Of a stretch of 42,743 bases of DNA, positions 38,507-42,743 are shown piece after piece. The position numbers were made by a program, and so were the translations under genes. Source of the DNA: a bacterium (lineage in GTDB: Bacteria > Hydrothermota > 32-111); contig JBFXGO010000020.1 of the NCBI GenBank assembly GCA_050239825.1, positions 1-42,743 of the forward strand. Direction: 5' to 3'. The notes under the pieces were generated by a model, which saw only the letters and a program-made list of their open reading frames with translations, did not search any database and was not told where the DNA came from. Within the stretch, counting starts at the first letter, position 1. The number at the start of each line of letters is the position of its first letter.

Positions 38507-39214
38507 TTATTTCTTCTTTTTCACCTTGATGTTGGTTTCATCAGTCTGAATACCTTTATTGGTATGCTCGCCATTGTAAACCCACACCTTTACTCCTATT
38601 GCCCCTGCAGTCGTGCGCGCCACCCTGAATCCGTAATCAATGTCGGCTCTCAGAGTCTGAAGCGGCACCCTGCCTTCTCTGTACCATTCAGTCCTTGCTA
38701 TTTCCGCGCCATTGAGTCTTCCGCCGCAGGCGATCTTTATCCCCCGTGCGCCGAGACGCATCGCATTCTGCACAGAGCGCTTCATAGCTCTCTTGTATGC
38801 TACGCGCTTCTCAATCTGGCGTGCTATGTTTTCAGCTATCAACTGAGCGTCAATAGCGGAATTTTCTATTTCATTTATATTGATGTCGACATCCTTTGCA
38901 GTGACCATTTTGAGTTCTTCCTTCAGATTGTCGACTGTCTCTCCCTTTTGTCCGATTATTATGCCCGGCTTTGAGGAGAATATAATCACCTTAACTTTTT
39001 TTGATTTTCTTTCAATCACTATCTTCGATATGCCTGATGTCTCATCCTTCTTGTCGCTAGCTTTGACTATCTGCTCAATTTTGCTTGTTATGTATGTGCG
39101 TATCTTTTCATCCTCTTTGAGGAGAATTGGATACTCTTTCATGTTCAGCCATCTTGAATTCCAGTTTTTGGTTATTCCGACTCTGAATCCGAATGGATGC
39201 GTTTTCTGTCCCAA
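38507..39214 (-). CDS. rpsC: 30S ribosomal protein S3
   Basis: [38 protein letters not shown] start at 39214, 6 nt after GGAGG. Confidence 0.97.
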   Translation of the reverse strand: MGQKTHPFGFRVGITKNWNSRWLNMKEYPILLKEDEKIRTYITSKIEQIVKASDKKDETSGISKIVIERKSKKVKVIIFSSKPGIIIGQKGETVDNLKEELKMVTAKDVDININEIENSAIDAQLIAENIARQIEKRVAYKRAMKRSVQNAMRLGARGIKIACGGRLNGAEIARTEWYREGRVPLQTLRADIDYGFRVARTTAGAIGVKVWVYNGEHTNKGIQTDETNIKVKKKK

Positions 39215-39227
39215 AAGCAACCTCCGT

Positions 39228-39569
39228 TTATTTTGTTTCTACGACAACAGTTATATGACTCATTCTCTTCCTGATGAGGAAAGCCCTTCCGCGCGCGCGC
39301 GGCTGGTTTCTCTTCATCATGGGTCCGCTATTGACCCTGATCTCTTTAACGATGAGATCCTCTTCCGAAAGTTTGCTTGCACCCATCTGGCTTATTGCAT
39401 TTGAAGCCGCAGAGTGAACAAGTTTGTAAATAATGCGAGCCGCCTTCTTCGGAGTGAACTGAAGCGTATTAAGCGCCTCCGGAATGTTCATTCCCCTGAC
39501 AAGGTCTGCCACCAACACTGCCTTTTTGGCTGATATCCTTGTATATTTTGCATGTGCTACTGCCTGCAT
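39228..39569 (-). CDS. rplV: 50S ribosomal protein L22
   Basis: SAASNA, PRARGRA, SHITVV. Confidence 0.97.
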   Translation of the reverse strand: MQAVAHAKYTRISAKKAVLVADLVRGMNIPEALNTLQFTPKKAARIIYKLVHSAASNAISQMGASKLSEEDLIVKEIRVNSGPMMKRNQPRARGRAFLIRKRMSHITVVVETK

Positions 39570-39580
39570 ATAAATCTCCT

Positions 39581-39868
39581 TTATGAAGCTGTGACTTTTC
39601 CTTCTTTTCTATCGCCCGAGTGCACCCTAAATGTTCTTGTGGGAGAAAATTCGCCCAGACGGTGCCCCACCATGTTCTCGGTGATGAAGACAGGAATAAA
39701 TTTTTTGCCGTTATGTATCGCTATCGTGTGCCCCACGAATTCCGGAGAGATCATTGAAGCACGTTTGTACGTCTTCAAGACCTTTTTTTCTTTCTTTTCA
39801 TTGAGTTCGTTGACTCTTTTCATAAGTCTCTCGTCAATGTACGATCCTTTTTTTAATGAGCGTGCCAA
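39581..39868 (-). CDS. rpsS: 30S ribosomal protein S19
   Basis: [19 protein letters not shown]. Confidence 0.98.
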   Translation of the reverse strand: MARSLKKGSYIDERLMKRVNELNEKKEKKVLKTYKRASMISPEFVGHTIAIHNGKKFIPVFITENMVGHRLGEFSPTRTFRVHSGDRKEGKVTAS

Positions 39869-39879
39869 AGTTCATCCTC

Positions 39880-40707
39880 CTATTTTTTTCTTCTCGAAAC
39901 TATATACTTGTTTGAATATTTCTTTTTCCTTCTTGTCTTAAAACCCTTTGCTGGCATGCCGTTCCTGTTGCACGGATGACGGCCGCCGCTGGTTCTTCCT
40001 TCACCGCCGCCCATTGGATGGTCAACCGGATTCATGGCTACAGCCCTTACTCTCGGCTTTATTCCTTTGTGAATGTTCACTCCGGCCTTTCCGATGACAA
40101 CCGATGAATGCTCCGAGTTGCCCACTTTGCCCACTGTCGCAAAATTGTTGAGATGAATGAGCCGCACTTCGCCTGACGGCATTTTTATGTGGCACCAGTC
40201 GCCCTCTTTCGCAAGTATCTGCGCTGAAGATCCGGCTGAGCGCACTATCTGGCCGCCCTTGCCCTTTGTCAGCTCTATGTTGTGTATTTCTATTCCCACG
40301 GGAATATTCTTGAGAGGAAGAGCATTTCCAAGTTTTGCAGGAACATTCTCGCCTGCTATCACTTCGTCTCCCGCCTTCATTCCTTCAGGCGCAAGTATGT
40401 ATCTCTTCTCGCCGTCCACATAATGAAGAAGTGCTATGTTTGCGCTTCTGTTGGGATCGTACTCTATAGAGAAGACCTTTCCCGGTATATTAAACTTGTT
40501 TCTTCTGAAGTCTATCAGACGATATTTTCTCTTGTGTCCTCCGCCTGTCAGCTTGCTTGTCACTCTGCCCATGTTGTTTCTGCCGCCTGTCTTTTTCAGA
40601 ATCGATGTCAGTCTTCTTTCCGGTTTTGACCTCGTGATCTCTTCATAAGTAAGAGTCTTCTTAAATCTCAGTCCCGGCGTAATCGGCTTGTATGTCTTAA
40701 GTCCCAT
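39880..40707 (-). CDS. rplB: 50S ribosomal protein L2
   Basis: [23 protein letters not shown]. Confidence 0.98.
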   Translation of the reverse strand: MGLKTYKPITPGLRFKKTLTYEEITRSKPERRLTSILKKTGGRNNMGRVTSKLTGGGHKRKYRLIDFRRNKFNIPGKVFSIEYDPNRSANIALLHYVDGEKRYILAPEGMKAGDEVIAGENVPAKLGNALPLKNIPVGIEIHNIELTKGKGGQIVRSAGSSAQILAKEGDWCHIKMPSGEVRLIHLNNFATVGKVGNSEHSSVVIGKAGVNIHKGIKPRVRAVAMNPVDHPMGGGEGRTSGGRHPCNRNGMPAKGFKTRRKKKYSNKYIVSRRKK

Positions 40708-40716
40708 ATTTACCTC

Positions 40717-41007
40717 TTATGCTCCTTCAAATAGTTCAATTCTCTGATTTTCCTTCAAAGTCACGTATGCCTTCTTTACATCCTTCCTCTTTCCGAACCC
40801 GAACTTGCTCCTCTTTATCTTGCCGAGCACATTCAAAGTTCTTACATCGCTTACTTTGACATTGAACAGCTTTTCCACTGCCTGTCTAATCTCTATTTTG
40901 TTTGCATCCTCAGCCACTTCAAAGACATATGTCTTGACAGAGGCTTTTGAGTATGCGGCTTTCTCCGTTATTATCGGATTGATGATTATTTTTTTTGGAT
41001 CTTTCAT
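40717..41007 (-). CDS. rplW: 50S ribosomal protein L23
   Basis: PIITEK, ANKIEI, KKAYVTL. Confidence 0.97.
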   Translation of the reverse strand: MKDPKKIIINPIITEKAAYSKASVKTYVFEVAEDANKIEIRQAVEKLFNVKVSDVRTLNVLGKIKRSKFGFGKRKDVKKAYVTLKENQRIELFEGA

Positions 41008-41633
41008 GGTTTGAACACCTCTTGAAGTTTTTTTAGACCGCTCTCTGTAATGATAAGATAGTCGGCATTCATGATGAAGTATGTGTTCACTTCATGCGCC
41101 ATGACAGGATATGATCCTTCCATGTTGCTGACGGACTTATACAGATTAACGAGATATTTGTCAGAGATGAAGAGTTTCTTCTCTGATTTCTTTATATTCA
41201 TCTTCTTTGCGAGGTCTCCGAAAACCTTTGTCTTCGGGGTCTCAATATTCACATCTTCTATGACATATATTTTGTCTTCCTTCGCCTTTAAAGTAAGCGC
41301 GGAAAGAAGAGCAGACCTTCTCACCTTCTTGTTTATCTTGTAGCTGTAATCCCTCGGAACCGGGCCGAATGCCGTTCCGCCGCCGACCCAAAGAGGAGAG
41401 CGTATTGAACCGGCTCTTGCGCGTCCTGTGCCCTTCTGCTTCCATGGTTTCCTTCCGCCGCCGGAAACATCTCCGCGTGTCTTTGCTTTTGCTGTTCCCT
41501 GGCGCTGATTCGCGAGATACTCTCTGACAGCCTCGTAAAGAGCTGTTTCGCTTACCTCAACATTGAAAAGAAAATCAGGAAGATTGATTTTCTTCGTGCT
41601 CTTTCCGTCAATTGAATATATCTTTGCTTCCAT
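41004..41633 (-). CDS. rplD: 50S ribosomal protein L4
   Basis: KPWKQKGTGRARAGS, GGG.AFGP. Confidence 0.98.
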   Translation of the reverse strand: MEAKIYSIDGKSTKKINLPDFLFNVEVSETALYEAVREYLANQRQGTAKAKTRGDVSGGGRKPWKQKGTGRARAGSIRSPLWVGGGTAFGPVPRDYSYKINKKVRRSALLSALTLKAKEDKIYVIEDVNIETPKTKVFGDLAKKMNIKKSEKKLFISDKYLVNLYKSVSNMEGSYPVMAHEVNTYFIMNADYLIITESGLKKLQEVFKP

Positions 41634-41642
41634 TTTTGCTCC

Positions 41643-42269
41643 TTATGCCTGCTTGACAATCACGAGAGAGTTCATCGGTCCCGGCACAGCGCCTCTGAGT
41701 ATCAACAGATTTCTCTCCTTGTCAACGCTGACGACCTTTATGTTGAGAGTTGTGACCCTTTCATTTCCAAAATGCCCAGCCATCCTCTTTCCGGCGATAA
41801 CTCTGCCGGGAAATGTGTTGGCTCCAATAGAACCCGGGCGTCTGTGAACTTCATGGGCTCCATGCGATGCGGGGCCGCCCTTGAATCCGTGCCTCTTGAC
41901 CCATCCGGCAAAACCTCTGCCCTTTGATGTGCCCTGCACATTTACTCTTGCTCCCACATCAAAAAGTGTGACATCCAGATAGTCTCCGACATTGTTTTTC
42001 TCAACGGATGCCTTGTCAAATCTGACTTCTTTGACTGTGCGAAGCGGATTGATTCCTATTTTTTTGAATATGCCGAGCTGCGGCTTGTTGAATCTTGATT
42101 CTTTGTTCTCTTCAATGCCGAGCTTTAAAGCATTGTATCCGAACTTCTCATCAGATTTCTTCTCGATGATTCTGTTCGGTTCCATATATATGAGAGTCAC
42201 GGGAATAACATTCCCCTGCTCGTCAAACATCTGGTTCATTCCCACTTTTCTGCCGATTAGACCTTTCAT
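41643..42269 (-). CDS. rplC: 50S ribosomal protein L3
   Basis: GRKVGM, SKGRGFAG, PGSIG, GAVPG. Confidence 0.98.
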   Translation of the reverse strand: MKGLIGRKVGMNQMFDEQGNVIPVTLIYMEPNRIIEKKSDEKFGYNALKLGIEENKESRFNKPQLGIFKKIGINPLRTVKEVRFDKASVEKNNVGDYLDVTLFDVGARVNVQGTSKGRGFAGWVKRHGFKGGPASHGAHEVHRRPGSIGANTFPGRVIAGKRMAGHFGNERVTTLNIKVVSVDKERNLLILRGAVPGPMNSLVIVKQA

Positions 42270-42283
42270 CTGAATCCTCTCTT

Positions 42284-42607
42284 TTAGTTGTCGTATGTTT
42301 TAATTTCTATCTCCACTCCCGCCGCGATGTCAAGTCTTGTCAAAGCCTCCATCGTCTGCTGGGTGGACTTTGAAACAAGGATCATTCTTTTGTGTATCCT
42401 TATTTCAAACTGCTCCCTTGATTTTTTATCAACATTGCTCGCCCTGTTGACCGTGTAAACACTCTTCTTTGTGGGAAGTGGAACCGGACCGCTTACCTTT
42501 GCTCCGGATTTCTTCGCCACCTTGACTATCTCTTTTGAAGCAGAATCAAGAAGAGCATGGTCGTATGATTTGAGTTTTATTTTGTAATCAAGCTTTTTAG
42601 ATGTCAT
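42284..42607 (-). CDS. rpsJ: 30S ribosomal protein S10
   Basis: LKSYDH, GPVPLPT, SREQFE.R.HKR. Confidence 0.98.
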   Translation of the reverse strand: MTSKKLDYKIKLKSYDHALLDSASKEIVKVAKKSGAKVSGPVPLPTKKSVYTVNRASNVDKKSREQFEIRIHKRMILVSKSTQQTMEALTRLDIAAGVEIEIKTYDN

Positions 42608-42616
42608 CTTACCGCC

Positions 42617-42743
42617 TTATGCTATTATTTCAGTTACGACTCCGGCGCCTACCGTGCGTCCGCCCTCTCTAATGGCGAACCTCAGCTCCTTCTCCATCGC
42701 TATCGTTGTTATAAGCTCCACTATGAACTCTGTATTCTCGCCC
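42617..42743 (-). CDS. tuf: Elongation factor Tu, 3' end only
   Basis: Manual translation ...[32 protein letters not shown]. Confidence 0.97.
   Translation of the reverse strand, partial: GENTEFIVELITTIAMEKELRFAIREGGRTVGAGVVTEIIA

Noticed and set aside
127..42273. Numerous plus-strand ORFs, up to 317 aa (38021-38974)
   Set aside because: Antisense shadows of well-supported minus-strand genes with no family motifs

Overview
Bacterial chromosomal window with every credible gene on the minus strand. It reads as two tightly packed blocks. Block 1 runs from the tuf 3' end through a fused S10-spc-alpha ribosomal cluster (including an rpmJ missed by the ORF track; no map gene) and continues almost without gaps into cell-envelope genes: GHL10 hydrolase, yggS, a GT-C glycosyltransferase, rfbB, rfbA and an asparagine-synthetase-like protein lacking the N-terminal Cys. 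Block 2 starts at a TTGCAA-16-TATAAT promoter and contains tRNA-Pro(GGG), glyQS, a hypothetical gene, rsmI, a CDP-alcohol phosphotransferase plus inositol-3-phosphate synthase, tmk, an S41 protease, DUF3160, rsmD, coaD, rhomboid, a radical SAM gene, rlmH, a long GreA fusion, a TlpA-type protein and an ABC exporter. It ends at an intrinsic terminator, followed by the start of gap. The most unusual feature lies between the blocks: about 1.1 kb of non-coding DNA (20343-21419) built as a mosaic of structured modules in the order b'-A-B-C-D-B-A-B-C. Each repeated module has nested hairpins and its own short 6-7 nt repeat run, the linkers vary, and REP-like signatures are present. No transposase, integrase or cas gene is in the window. 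Gene calls rest on motif recognition only, with no database search, and taxonomy cannot be fixed from this window alone.
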